DNA from: a virus | Taxonomy: Duplodnaviria > Caudoviricetes | DNA length: 64,000 nt | IMG/VR virus record: IMGVR_UViG_3300028888_000063 | Span: 1-64,000 of that record | Direction: 5' to 3' (one strand) | Part shown: positions 36,501 through 45,186 of the stretch, piece by piece | Layout of the letters: each line of letters starts with the position of its first letter | Position numbering within the stretch: the first letter of the stretch is position 1 | Translations under genes and position numbers: made by a program | The notes under the pieces: generated by a model | What the model saw: the letters and a program-made list of their open reading frames with translations, nothing else | Database searches by the model: none | Told to the model about the DNA's origin: nothing

Positions 36501-39146
36501 CATGATATGGAATTGCTTCAGTTAATTCATGGGGAAGAGAATTTTGATGAAATGAATACGTTGTGGCAACAACAAGTTCAGCAAGATGAAAAGCGGCTGC
36601 GGGCGCTGCAAGAGCAACAAGAATATTGGCATCAAAAAGTCAAAGAGTATGAAAAAGGTACTGACGAATGGAAGAAAGCTATGGAAAATTGGCAGTCAGC
36701 CTTCGAGAGTACCAATGAAGCCATGATTGATGCCGTAAAGAACCTTCAATCTCAATGGGAAAATAGTATAAGCGGGGTTATGAATCAGTTAAGGAACCAA
36801 ACCTTCGGTGGAAATATGAACGCCGCGCTAGAAGATTGGGATAAGATGGTTTGGCATAGTGATAGATATTTAGATAGTATTGAGCGCGCAAGCGGATTAC
36901 TTGAATTACAAACTAAATATCGAGATGCTATTAATAATACTACTGATACTACTGTTCAAGAGAAATTAGCTCAATTAGAAGAACAACAGTTAGATACTTT
37001 AGCTAATAAAGAGCATTTAAGAGAAGTTGATTTAAAGGTTGCTGAACAACAATTAGCAGTCATTCAAGCGCAATTAGCTTTAGAAGATGCACAGCAAGCT
37101 AAAACTAGATTACGGCTGCGTAGAGATAGTCAAGGTAATTACAATTATCAGTACGTTGCTGATGATGATGCTATTGAAGAAAAGACTAATGAATATATTA
37201 GAGCGTTAAATGATTATAGAGCATTAACTCAAGATACTTTAAGATCTGATTTGGAAGCTATTAGAGATTATACTTTGGATTATTACGATGCACTTGAGGA
37301 AGCTCAAATGGCATACGGTGATAATACTGAAGCTTTAATGGCGGAAGAAGAAAGATTATACCAAATGTATTTTGGTGAAGATGGTTATATTACTAATTTA
37401 CATACAGATGCAATTTCTAGTATGTCTGATGCTCAAGAAGCTATGTTTATTAATCTTTATGGATTAAATCAAGTTCTTGAAGAGGATTTATTTGAAAAAT
37501 TCTTAGGGCCAGATTCTAATATGGTTACTGCTGTTGAAGGATTACTTGACGCGGGCGGTACAATACCTAGCTTAATTGATGCATTTATAAATGGATCCGC
37601 GCAAACAGCATTTGATAATATTGAAGCGATGTCTCGTGGGGCATTTGATGAAATGACAATTAATGCTTATGATGCTTTTGGTGTTATAGGCGATGAAGCT
37701 GTTGCGTTGGCAGATTTGATTCTTGACTGCATTAAAGGGCCAGAAGGTATGTTACCAGAGTGGCAGTCAGCATTATGGCAAATAGTTGAAACTTATAATA
37801 CTGAATTTGTTCCAAGAATTATTGATGCAGTTAATGAATTGCAATATGCTAACCAGGCTTATGTTGATGGTTTAGCTATTGTACAGACTGCCGCCAAGAG
37901 AACTACAGAGCAAATTGCTTTAGGTTTATGGGCTGATGCAGAATATACTAATGCGTTAACTAGCACTACTAATGAATTGATCGCCGCACAAAAAGCGGAG
38001 GTTGAAGCATGTGAAGCAGTTTATAATGCTTTGATGAAGAATCAAGCAATGTTTAAAGCTCATTCTATTGCAGCAACTGAAGCAGCTAATGCAAACTTCT
38101 TGTATTGGGTTTCAATGCAGGGCGGCGTTAGCACAGGTGTTCCATATAGCATAGATGGAATTAGCGGAGACTTTAGTTCCACAGTTCCTTCTATTGTATA
38201 TCCTCAAGCGGCACCCGCTCCTTCCTACACCGATTCAGGTGGAGGCGGCGGCGGAGGAGGAGACTCCGGTGGTGGTGGAGGCGGAGGTTCTGCTCCTGCT
38301 AAAACAACCACTGTAAGACGTGGTGGCGGATGTTTTGCTCCAGGTACTCAAATTTTAATGAGTGATTATACTACTAAGAGTATTGAAGATGTTTGTCCGG
38401 GTGATATGGTTATTGCTTATGATGAAGAAACTGGTAAGTGTGTACCTAAAGCAGTTTTAGGTATATTTACTCGTCGTGAAGTTAAAACTATTGTTACATT
38501 GCATTTTAGTAATGGTCAAATGCTTGAAATGACTCCTGGTCATCCAATTTATACAACTGACGGATGGAAATCATTAGACTTGTTCTATTCTTTATTAGAA
38601 CATTTTATGTTGGTTAAATTATTAGAGGTTGGTAATGAAGTAATTGGCATTGCTCAAAATGCAACTTTAGAATATTTTGATTGTAGTGAACCAGATATAG
38701 AAATGCCAGTATATACTCTTTCTATTGAAGATTGTCCTACATTTATAGCTAATGGTTTTATTGTTCATAACGCTTATGCGACAGTGGCTAAAATGGCTAC
38801 TGGTGGTTATACCGGTGAATGGTGGACAGATGAACCTAAAGTTGCTTTACTCCATGAAAAAGAATTAGTCCTTAATAAAGATGATACTGAGAATATGCTT
38901 AATGCAGTAAATATTGTAAGAACAATAGCTGATAGAATTCAAGCAGTTAATACAATGGCATTAAGTAATCTTGCTTCTGGAGGAGCGTTAGACGTGGCGG
39001 GCGCTGCAGGAAATACTGTATTGCAAGATGTTATTATCAATGCAGATTTCCCAGGTGTAGAGGATGCCGCACAAATAAAACAAGCCTTTAATGAATTAAT
39101 TAATTTAGCAAGCCAAGAAGCTTCATTAAATAGAAGGGCTTATTAA
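27543..39146 (+). CDS. tape measure protein with C-terminal Hint (intein-like) domain
   Basis: 3867 aa; TMP core motif (TRQAPETVGNALKTIYARI, LAQTMAGQRQMN), long coiled coils, C-terminal ATGGYTG...LHEKELVLN. Confidence 0.9.
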   Translation: MPGNQITFGIGFNVNESNLNSLKQSLKEIQQLTSKDLVNIGKANSIQEANTQLQQIKKSASEVQSALTRAFNTDLGTVNVARFNQELKAMNIGKIAADFNNAGAAGQSAFLAITSQAMSTNTQLKQSYSWLSQIGTTLANTVKWNIASTAVNAFSNSISSAFNYVKVLDASLTDIRIVTGQSREEMAQFAVEANRAAQSLGRQTKEYTNAALAFYQQGLSDQEVRVRTEASLKAQNITGAGTEIVDQLTAVWNGFKATIDQTESYVDKLAAVADSSASNLSELATGMSKVASVANNVGVDIDSLTAQLATIIATTRQAPETVGNALKTIYARINDIKTGSDEAEISLGNYTGKMAELGFSVLDADGRLKDTGDTITEIGERWASLSKEQQIYLAQTMAGQRQMNNLISLFDNWEKYSEMLNVSLGAQGTLNEKNARYMDSLAAHINTFRTAVEGMQDALINEDTIMGMYDAGTKLVNVVQNIITGMGGMRGMLLGLGALGATVFKDQIANSITTAINNVNVYRQNLEETKNLQETLQLFDVSVSQYQAGELAPNFEAAIQGVRQLREEFASYGDVASQAQKEALNGLLQSKAEISSEVLAFDELTTSATEFGNAIARLRTSRGDAQGFFDKDSIFSSDITSGNITLLKGATEEIQRLIENTRYGKEEVVELLESLSNTQTAITAQENIRREIQQQAVQVAELEEAYRKAQEAQAAATDRAKIAGRGTTPGGKTYPKYLEEATQEAEKAKQAYESAQAALEALKASYADSQDTIEAFALAVEQDGISVNLFGANTEKVAQALQTLRDPTKDNTNAFRVLKQVFEETGDGASALLAKLENLENHVNEHTSKVDTFTNSWERLKTTMADAQIAKSVSELLRGVTSTAMGINSLNSALKTYKSMQEGTTSAMDGWLSIITSVSFGLPMVISGVGKLGDSFKVLTGWVMGNLPAIGAFVAEFGPMILAVGAAVAAVTLFYQAVTSQERALKNAQTQVDKSSKAYAEAKKAYEDLKQSITDYQDARAAIEDMTTGTEAWRDAITEANEQVLQLLTNYPELAKYVKQTSEGLVISQEGMDYLHSTSQQQVRDAQTTSIAAQMRLDVLNVKDQAELRDALEANFIQPLQDLIGRDIGPEYRNALINLFQEFSKEQKDAVQSYINSNDVNGLANYLESLYNADSENGVFAASKILTMDFELTAQDILAAGEALNEFDNNLRNTTDNYTSILRTRGQEIARIWVDSFSEATTKSISDRSVYQAALGNKIAATGGDIDKLQEVYQGVIPLIEQINQIIEVFGDTKLAQGVSNLFGGQANIDDFLDFSVSEFDQIISGLSVQGEEFIQSLGFETKEIMDEALSEVRELITINQDRIVGLLPEAIQQIFKNNLNLEDLSLDQTQNIGNVLQYYWKNLGLDALDDVIADLNSADSSQWIETLSGIGQFFKDGEVTDLTALTKYLQETTDNAAAQLEKLGLGANDLTPSLMSLAGSFTEAKKVADKLNFTDIIDDEDDISALMGVLGDQFDDFFATTAGGAKQLVKSGEELRQKIDEIQLEKLSNGIEQIKQEQEQLDQILKIGSHPTSIQDQARLLTALRERGLAQGAAAEQGNINTWLDTFSRTKMKAAVEENQAGFEALKGEYEALTKDAQDLEQAIKLLQLALDEDVDASKWEALTTYLRDMKEQFEDDQMNAALASEAILRFAAAAEQVGENYADWEKALTDSSSTLDKVEAVEELRNVYMDLLNIDDANALDWGFLASPTNLELLQSAIEGDEDAFNQLAASAGEAYEPIENLYQLLLEILGLGSGSSNVDKIFESYRNVASISNGLSYGKSISDQQYNDLIKFNKDFEEFFTIGSDGLHMFIGDAEDLAKALNQVHLDNLQQAIEQLDQAQENLRLTSRYLKSHPDAESFVQGKGNIDWSNKSTREREYIAQGQANILKDLVNRGVQLNGFDKEAQERLTYWREHRKGFSVEQDAEMFEWINQIIQENIDLFEADEDAVTRAEEAYDKLTSAMKSMQQAQLDSDIDQQRMQAVSKYLQETLQIPGAQADKDAAAMLRFADAIDTIKDKTDDWNESSKKGLDTQLQTVDEITETLADLYNVDEDVINLQGLNQENIIELMQEAAKGNKDAYEILMQALGLEATHTWEEISQATDFLINAANRLEAAFVSYASAQSVVGNLQEGSSISAPQYKSLEDFGINGEDYFTKAADGSYKIIDEKISELQKLVDSIQLQTLNTELERLAEAGAEAAAGLAPLEDIIRKIQSGESLSVDDQRLALSEMQASGSTLNDASGNAILNSEDLDLSALSDEDIHQMFGQNLDNLINYINDLSTSAKKAKEDTEELDEAISALQEKMDRDALDADVDADTWDNLADHLQSVAGVSDELDDSLESNRRAAQNIAEAILRFDDAIVDVTKNYDKWVDVLKYGSDQEYAEIATELKDAYADLLDLDWDDFSDSFLSSTENLKRLNDVATGAENAKEAYEELMAAAHEEVLMSVGIDVADWDAQVYDLLNQYYNLQSLDDIQVGAELNDEGFLAALTEMVNAAGMSAEQAQAALATMGIDADVEYVPETKQVTQTYTDFIVTPQPVPITYVDPATGVPTQGETSSLITEAVPKTTTEERSTGAFTLQVTSANKSSGGDYKFNESAHGGGSANPGRSKGGGGGGGGSQKPKKPMKPFKAKIDPYHDVNIKIGDVEEGLERLEKQRDKLIGKDAVKNLTEQINLMERQKELLQEKADIAKEEASRLQGELGALGAIFEKNGDIANYKQLLLDKQNQINNAISVANGLEGDYRDAYEDYISDLKDEYSELEDKISEYDETIQLLDDLDLEYRDIINKQIELAIEAFNVEIEVKLNVKDAIKDFNDFRKRIIDGVKEDDYAGQAAAAMNNYGTYYYQDDQGNTRGLIGDLYEHTRQIVQESSIIMNGGFSNIYGDNLAAAADDLKKYNDELMEALEDVQDIVDEVHDNLLEAIDAMQDAFDTQQEAFDKLDNLLTHDMELLQLIHGEENFDEMNTLWQQQVQQDEKRLRALQEQQEYWHQKVKEYEKGTDEWKKAMENWQSAFESTNEAMIDAVKNLQSQWENSISGVMNQLRNQTFGGNMNAALEDWDKMVWHSDRYLDSIERASGLLELQTKYRDAINNTTDTTVQEKLAQLEEQQLDTLANKEHLREVDLKVAEQQLAVIQAQLALEDAQQAKTRLRLRRDSQGNYNYQYVADDDAIEEKTNEYIRALNDYRALTQDTLRSDLEAIRDYTLDYYDALEEAQMAYGDNTEALMAEEERLYQMYFGEDGYITNLHTDAISSMSDAQEAMFINLYGLNQVLEEDLFEKFLGPDSNMVTAVEGLLDAGGTIPSLIDAFINGSAQTAFDNIEAMSRGAFDEMTINAYDAFGVIGDEAVALADLILDCIKGPEGMLPEWQSALWQIVETYNTEFVPRIIDAVNELQYANQAYVDGLAIVQTAAKRTTEQIALGLWADAEYTNALTSTTNELIAAQKAEVEACEAVYNALMKNQAMFKAHSIAATEAANANFLYWVSMQGGVSTGVPYSIDGISGDFSSTVPSIVYPQAAPAPSYTDSGGGGGGGGDSGGGGGGGSAPAKTTTVRRGGGCFAPGTQILMSDYTTKSIEDVCPGDMVIAYDEETGKCVPKAVLGIFTRREVKTIVTLHFSNGQMLEMTPGHPIYTTDGWKSLDLFYSLLEHFMLVKLLEVGNEVIGIAQNATLEYFDCSEPDIEMPVYTLSIEDCPTFIANGFIVHNAYATVAKMATGGYTGEWWTDEPKVALLHEKELVLNKDDTENMLNAVNIVRTIADRIQAVNTMALSNLASGGALDVAGAAGNTVLQDVIINADFPGVEDAAQIKQAFNELINLASQEASLNRRAY
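38331..38771 (+). other. Hint / bacterial-intein-like domain (147 aa, no endonuclease)
   Basis: CFAPGTQI (block A), TPGH (block B), VYTLSIEDCPTFIANGFIVHN (blocks F/G); next residue is Ala. Confidence 0.9.
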
Positions 39147-39150
39147 ATAA

Positions 39151-39183
39151 TTAGGGAGAGTTAATTACTCTCCCTATTTTTTT
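39151..39183 (+). terminator. rho-independent terminator
   Basis: TAGGGAGAGT-loop-ACTCTCCCTA plus T-run. Confidence 0.85.
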
Positions 39184-39265
39184 ATTGGGTAGAAGTATAT
39201 AAGGATATTTTAAGAAATTTTAAAATTAAGTAGATAAAATTGGAGATAAAAGGAGTGAGACGATA

Positions 39266-42200
39266 TTGAATGTTGCTGAGAATATTATTAATGCAGTAAA
39301 TATTCTGATTGATAGTAAAACTTCTAAATTGCAATATAATAAAACAATTAGAGGCCAAATCGCAGAAGTATTAGATGCAAGTATCGGGCAATATAAAATC
39401 AAATATCAGAATAGTTATTTTACGGCGTATTCAATGGACTCTAACGCGAATTATCAAAAAGGGTCTGATGTTTATGTTGAAATTTTATCTAGCGATTTTG
39501 AAAAAAATGCTCTGATAGTAGGTACCGTTACAAGGTTAGGTACTCATTATCTTTCAGCTATAGATCAAATTAATAATTTTAACGAAGTAGGAATTAATAC
39601 AGTTGATTCTGAAAATGTTTTTAATTTTTGTTCTTATAATGGAATTCAAGAGCAAGTTATTTGGCAAGAAAATGCAATTAATCAATATTTAGCAGCGTAT
39701 TTGGAAAATAATAGTGCTACTAATAGAAATTTATTAATTAAACAATTAACTAATGGTGCAACCGTTAATTATAATGGATTTAAATTAGATAAACAAGCTG
39801 TGTCAGAGTATGCGGCCGCCGCAGATACGATTGAGATTGGCGCGCATTTACAAACCCATCTAGAATCGGAACAGCGAGTAGGCAGTGGTAATTATGGTTT
39901 AAAAGTTTATACCATGTATTATGATGCTGCTTATCCTAATAAAGCTGATTGTGAATTATTACAAAAGGTTTATATTTTTGATATAAATGATATGACAGGC
40001 CAGCCTTATAAATATGATGCTGGTTCTGATCAGTATGGCATTTATTCTATCGATTCTGAAAATTTAATTGGTATTACAAAAATTGTTGGATTTTGTAATA
40101 ATTTTCCTGTAACAGAAACAGGCCATGAGAATGATATTAGTATTTCTGATGTTAAGGTGCAATTTTTAGAAGTGCTTTCAGAAGAAGAGTTAACTTCAAG
40201 TTCATTAAGAATAACGACTCCATATGGTAGTTATTTTCCGCAGGGCGCAGATAGCTCTATCACTAAAACGCTTCATGCTGTATTAAAAATCAAAGGGAAA
40301 AAAGTTAATTATAATTCACAACACGTAGATTTTTATTGGTTTAAGAGGAATTTATCTGTTTTTTCTGGAGATAAATTATTTTCTCCTTATGGTGGAAATG
40401 GTTGGGAATGTTTAAATACAGTTAAAACCAACATTGATGGTAGCGCATTAAGTTATACTGATTTTATTCCTGCGGGGGCTGATTTTGTTGTTAAGCAAAG
40501 CCTTTGTCCATGTGAGAAAACAACTTTTAAATGTGTAGCAGTATTTAGTGATGCAGGTGTGTCTGTTTCTTTAAACAGTACAATAATAATTAAAAATTAT
40601 ACAAAAAATTATGATGTGTATCTTACTTCTTCTATGGGTACGCAATTCAATTTTAATAGTGGTAAAACTACTTTAACTGCAACTGGTTTTAATAAAGTAA
40701 GTAGCGTTAATTATATTTATTACTGGACTAAGAGTATTGATGGTGGGACTCCAGAATATGTAAGTGACAATATGCCTATTACAGAGGATCATATTCAAGT
40801 TGAAATTAATGATCCTGATTCTGAATTTGTACAATATGAGTGTTCTGTTTTTGCTAATGGATCTCTTTTAGGGACCGCCGCCATAACACTTTTAAATGGT
40901 AGTAATCCATATGGACATACGTTGGTTATTAGAGATGGCACCCAATTATTTAAATATGATGGGTACGGGATTTCTCCAACTTCTAACTCTCTTGCAAAAA
41001 TTGATAGAATGGTTATTCCTGTTCTTACTTTTGATATCTATGATTCATATGGTAATTTAATAGATATTAGTAATGATGAAAAGCCTAGACGTATGGCTAT
41101 TAAATGGGTTTGGCCTACAGCAACCGCCGCCACTAAAGATCAGACAATGCTTACTACTACTGAAACATTGAGATTAATTACAGTTCCAGATATTGCAAAT
41201 GATACAACTAAAACTCAATATGTAGTACAACAGCAATCTACATTTAGTTATGGTATTTTAGATAGATATAATGCGGTTTATGCAAATACAGATATTTCAA
41301 GGAATAATATTATCCTTGAAGTAGATTTTGAAGGAGAACATTTAGTTGCTTCAACTAATTTTACTTTCACTAAAGAAGGTGAATTAGGTACTAATGGTAC
41401 AAAATATACAGCAAGAATTGTTCCTGTTGGAAATACTGAAGGATATTTTATTTTAGGTACTGGTACTAATGCTCAATTATATTCTATTAATGCGGGGTAT
41501 AAAGGTGTAACTAGGAAACTTGCGGCAGGAGCTCAGGCAACAATTGCTAGCTTGTTTACTGCGCAGCTCTGGAATGGAGATAATACTAATGTAACAGCGA
41601 CTAATATAAAGTGGTCACTTGCTTCATCTACAACTCGCGCCTCCGGTAAACTACCCCTCTTGACAATTAATGGAAGTTATGTTAAAATGAACTCAACAAG
41701 TGGGTCAAGAGCATTAAGCACTATATTACAAGCAGCTATTACTTATAGACCTACTGGTAGTGAGCGAGAATTAGTAATTTATGCTACTTATGCAATTCCT
41801 TGTGTATCAGCTACATTTACCTATGGTGGAAATACTTGTTATCCTTGGTTAAGAGATGGATATCAAGAAGTTATGTATGAAAGTGATGGTACAAGAGGTA
41901 GATTCAATCCATTGCCTTTCTTAACTTGTATGATTACACCTAACGGGCTTGTAGATGTGAATTATACTTCAGCGAATGCGGCCAGCGGGAAAATTACATC
42001 GACTTGGAATATTCAAGGTTCATATAATTATCCTAATGAGTTTAAAGTAGAGCCGCCCGCAAACTTTATAGGTGAAACAGTTAATCATTATATTACCTAT
42101 AATTACAGCACATCATCTGCTTTATATTATCCTGTGCAACTATATCTTAATAGATATGGTATGTCTGCTATGAATGACTGGGATGGTTCTAGCATTCAAA

Positions 42201-44176
42201 TTAATAATGAAGGTGGATATATCCTGTCCCCGCAGGTTGGCGCAGGACGTAAAGAGACTGATAATACTTTTACTGGTATTACTATTGGTGAGGTTTTCCA
42301 AGACCAGAACAACAAAGAAATTGGTATGTTTGGTTATTATCATGGATCTAGGAGTTTGTTCTTAGACGCGGAAACTGGTGATGCAGAATTTGGTGTTTCT
42401 GGCAAAGGACAGATCAAGATTCATGCTAGCGATGGTGAAGGCACCATTGATTCCGGTGACTATGTTTATAATCATGATAAAGATAGTTCTGGGAATTATA
42501 TCGGTAAAGGTTTAAAGATAAAATTTACTAGTACAGGTACTGGTAATGAAAAAGGCCCATATATTAGATATGGTTCTGGTAACTTTTCTGTTGATGCAAA
42601 TGGTTATTTAACAGCAAAAGGTGGAGGCAATATTGCTGGTTGGGAAATTGATGATGAGAATTTTTATAGTACAAATGGTAAAATGTATCTTAATTCATCA
42701 ACTCCTAAAATTTATGCACAAACAAGTGCTTCCGCAAAACATAATACATTAACATCGACGAATCCAGGATTTTATCTTGATGATACTGGGATGTCTATTG
42801 GTAGTATATTTAGAGTTAATAGTACAAATGATGGTAGTTTATTATTAGGTAGATTAACTAGCGGTAATAAATATTGGACTATTAATGCTAACTCAAGCGG
42901 AGATTCATATATTGCTTATAATACTAATAAATCAGTTCCATCTATTACAGGACCTACAACTAATATCCAAGGAACTGCTAATTCAGTATTTTTAGGGACT
43001 AGTGGAATTAGATTAGGAACTAAATTTGCTGTTGATGCAGATGGTAATGGTTTATTTAATAATTTATATGCCAATGGCACAGGTCAAATCGCAGGGTGGA
43101 AGATTTCTAGCACCAGTTTGACAAGTGCTGATGATAAGACATATTTAGCATCATCTGGGGATATTAGATTTAATGTAAATAATAAATTTTATGTTAATGC
43201 AGATGGTAGTTTTTCTGCTGCGAATAGTAATTTTACTGTTGATTCTAGCGGTAAAATAATGTCTCGATCTGGAACTATTGGTGGATTTAATATTGCACAG
43301 CATAAATTATATGCTACAAGTGGTAATTTAACTCTTAATGATGAAGGTTCTATTTATGGTCCAGCGGTTGGGGCTGATTATGCTTGGAAAATTGTGCCAT
43401 CAGGTCGCGCGCATTTTACAGATATTGTTATTAATAATACAGCAAATCAATCAGTTGAAAATAAATTTACTTGGACAAATAGTTCTGGACAGAATATATT
43501 TAGGTTAACAGATAGTGGTAGCCAAATTGGTGGTTGGAGTATTTCTGGTAACCAATTAAGTTCTGGTATTGTTAGTTTTAATAGTAGCGGTGCATTAACT
43601 GGTGGAGCTGTTTTATCTGTTGGACAAGCATTTGCTTTATATGGCAATGGTAATTTAAGTTCCGCGGGCAGTGCTTCATTTAGCGGTAATTTAAGTGCAA
43701 GCGGTACTGGTAATATTGGTGGGTGTACATTTGGCGGGGGCCAATTTAATTGTCCAAGTGGTGTTTTATATTTTGGTGGGCAGATGGTCACATTAAGTAA
43801 TACTGCGTTTTTAACGTCAGTAAGCCCAGAAATACATGTTAATATTGAACAACCAAAGTTTACATTTACACCTGCAGGGAATATCTCCGGTTCTGCTAGT
43901 GGGTCTATTTCTCTTGGATGTAGTGGTTCTATTAGTGGAAGTGCTGGAGATGCAGCTGTAGAAGGTACTTTTTCAGGTACTGCAAGTGGATATGTATCAT
44001 TACCAATTTCCGCTAGTTTTACGGGTACTGAGCAAATAGTTACAGCGGATAAAAATTTTGTTTATAGTATTAAAGACCTTGGTGGTATTCAATATACGCA
44101 TTTAATTCAAGCCATGCGGACTGGCAGCGATGTTACATCTCAAGTGCCAATTCATTGGAATGGTGGAGGCGGATAA
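39266..44176 (+). CDS. central tail fibre / baseplate hub protein
   Basis: 1636 aa, beta-rich; C-terminal FxVxxxG / GxIAGWxI repeats typical of triple beta-helix fibres. Confidence 0.7.
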   Translation: MNVAENIINAVNILIDSKTSKLQYNKTIRGQIAEVLDASIGQYKIKYQNSYFTAYSMDSNANYQKGSDVYVEILSSDFEKNALIVGTVTRLGTHYLSAIDQINNFNEVGINTVDSENVFNFCSYNGIQEQVIWQENAINQYLAAYLENNSATNRNLLIKQLTNGATVNYNGFKLDKQAVSEYAAAADTIEIGAHLQTHLESEQRVGSGNYGLKVYTMYYDAAYPNKADCELLQKVYIFDINDMTGQPYKYDAGSDQYGIYSIDSENLIGITKIVGFCNNFPVTETGHENDISISDVKVQFLEVLSEEELTSSSLRITTPYGSYFPQGADSSITKTLHAVLKIKGKKVNYNSQHVDFYWFKRNLSVFSGDKLFSPYGGNGWECLNTVKTNIDGSALSYTDFIPAGADFVVKQSLCPCEKTTFKCVAVFSDAGVSVSLNSTIIIKNYTKNYDVYLTSSMGTQFNFNSGKTTLTATGFNKVSSVNYIYYWTKSIDGGTPEYVSDNMPITEDHIQVEINDPDSEFVQYECSVFANGSLLGTAAITLLNGSNPYGHTLVIRDGTQLFKYDGYGISPTSNSLAKIDRMVIPVLTFDIYDSYGNLIDISNDEKPRRMAIKWVWPTATAATKDQTMLTTTETLRLITVPDIANDTTKTQYVVQQQSTFSYGILDRYNAVYANTDISRNNIILEVDFEGEHLVASTNFTFTKEGELGTNGTKYTARIVPVGNTEGYFILGTGTNAQLYSINAGYKGVTRKLAAGAQATIASLFTAQLWNGDNTNVTATNIKWSLASSTTRASGKLPLLTINGSYVKMNSTSGSRALSTILQAAITYRPTGSERELVIYATYAIPCVSATFTYGGNTCYPWLRDGYQEVMYESDGTRGRFNPLPFLTCMITPNGLVDVNYTSANAASGKITSTWNIQGSYNYPNEFKVEPPANFIGETVNHYITYNYSTSSALYYPVQLYLNRYGMSAMNDWDGSSIQINNEGGYILSPQVGAGRKETDNTFTGITIGEVFQDQNNKEIGMFGYYHGSRSLFLDAETGDAEFGVSGKGQIKIHASDGEGTIDSGDYVYNHDKDSSGNYIGKGLKIKFTSTGTGNEKGPYIRYGSGNFSVDANGYLTAKGGGNIAGWEIDDENFYSTNGKMYLNSSTPKIYAQTSASAKHNTLTSTNPGFYLDDTGMSIGSIFRVNSTNDGSLLLGRLTSGNKYWTINANSSGDSYIAYNTNKSVPSITGPTTNIQGTANSVFLGTSGIRLGTKFAVDADGNGLFNNLYANGTGQIAGWKISSTSLTSADDKTYLASSGDIRFNVNNKFYVNADGSFSAANSNFTVDSSGKIMSRSGTIGGFNIAQHKLYATSGNLTLNDEGSIYGPAVGADYAWKIVPSGRAHFTDIVINNTANQSVENKFTWTNSSGQNIFRLTDSGSQIGGWSISGNQLSSGIVSFNSSGALTGGAVLSVGQAFALYGNGNLSSAGSASFSGNLSASGTGNIGGCTFGGGQFNCPSGVLYFGGQMVTLSNTAFLTSVSPEIHVNIEQPKFTFTPAGNISGSASGSISLGCSGSISGSAGDAAVEGTFSGTASGYVSLPISASFTGTEQIVTADKNFVYSIKDLGGIQYTHLIQAMRTGSDVTSQVPIHWNGGGG

Positions 44177-44186
44177 TTTATTTTAT

Positions 44187-44564
44187 ATGGAATATAATAA
44201 CTTTATTTTAAATCAATTAGAATTACAAATTAAACAAACTATTATGGAATATAATTTACCAGTTGGCACAGTTTGTTTATTGTTAAAAGATATAGCTCAT
44301 GAAGTTGAGTATTTATATGAACAGCAGATTCAGCGTGAGCAAGCTGCATATTTAGAAGAGCATAAGGATGATATACAACAAAATAATGATGTAACTTCCA
44401 CAGTGCAAGAAGTACAAACACCAATGCAAGGAAGAGTTATTATTGATAATATAAAACCTGAAGAGGTTGAATTACATTATACTGATCCAGAATTAGCAGA
44501 TAAGAAGATAGATGCTAAATTAGATGAGTTTAAAATAAAACAAGTAGATATTGGACAGGAGTAA
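44187..44564 (+). CDS. hypothetical protein (possible fibre chaperone)
   Basis: ORF after central fibre; start moved to ATG 44187. Confidence 0.55.
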   Translation: MEYNNFILNQLELQIKQTIMEYNLPVGTVCLLLKDIAHEVEYLYEQQIQREQAAYLEEHKDDIQQNNDVTSTVQEVQTPMQGRVIIDNIKPEEVELHYTDPELADKKIDAKLDEFKIKQVDIGQE

Positions 44565-44627
44565 CACATCTTTTAACGGATCTTTTTAAACATATTAGTA
44601 AGGATTTACAGAAGAAGGAGGAGTTAA

Positions 44628-45131
44628 ATGGTTGAATTACTATCTAAATACTCTGTAAATGAAATTCTTATTTTTATGGTTTTACTTGCAGTTGCTTTTA
44701 AAACGGTTTCTTCTTTTTTGGATTGGGCAAGAGAGAAACGTAGAACTTTGACAATTAAAGAAATGAAGCCTGAAGAGCTTAGTAAAAGCATTGAAAAAGA
44801 AATTCAAAGACGAGAAGAGCAATTACAAGAATTAGAAATAAAACGTGAAAAGGATGCCGCAGAGTTGCGGAATCAAATTAAAGAAGTTGCACAACATGTT
44901 GATAATGTTACAACTAAAATAGATTTATTAATTGAATCTGATAAAGATGATATTAAAGCGTTTATTACAAGAGAGTATCATTATTTCTGTGAGCAAAAAG
45001 GTTGGATTGATGATTATAGCTTAGATTGTATTGAAAAACGCTATGATCATTATGTAGAAGAGAAAGGGAATAGTTTTATTAGTGGGTTAATGGAAAAAAT
45101 TAGAAATTTACCACATACCCCACCAGATTAA
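44628..45131 (+). CDS. holin-like membrane protein
   Basis: N-terminal TM helix, coiled coil, C-terminal Y...KGNSF motif. Confidence 0.55.
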   Translation: MVELLSKYSVNEILIFMVLLAVAFKTVSSFLDWAREKRRTLTIKEMKPEELSKSIEKEIQRREEQLQELEIKREKDAAELRNQIKEVAQHVDNVTTKIDLLIESDKDDIKAFITREYHYFCEQKGWIDDYSLDCIEKRYDHYVEEKGNSFISGLMEKIRNLPHTPPD

Positions 45132-45186
45132 AATTGGGCGCGGGGCTAGTTATCTAGTCCCCGCGCAGAGATAAAAGGAGGAAGAA

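Noticed and set aside
38331-38771. Canonical mobile intein
   Set aside because: No homing endonuclease, +1 residue is Ala, and the insertion is in a linker rather than a conserved active site
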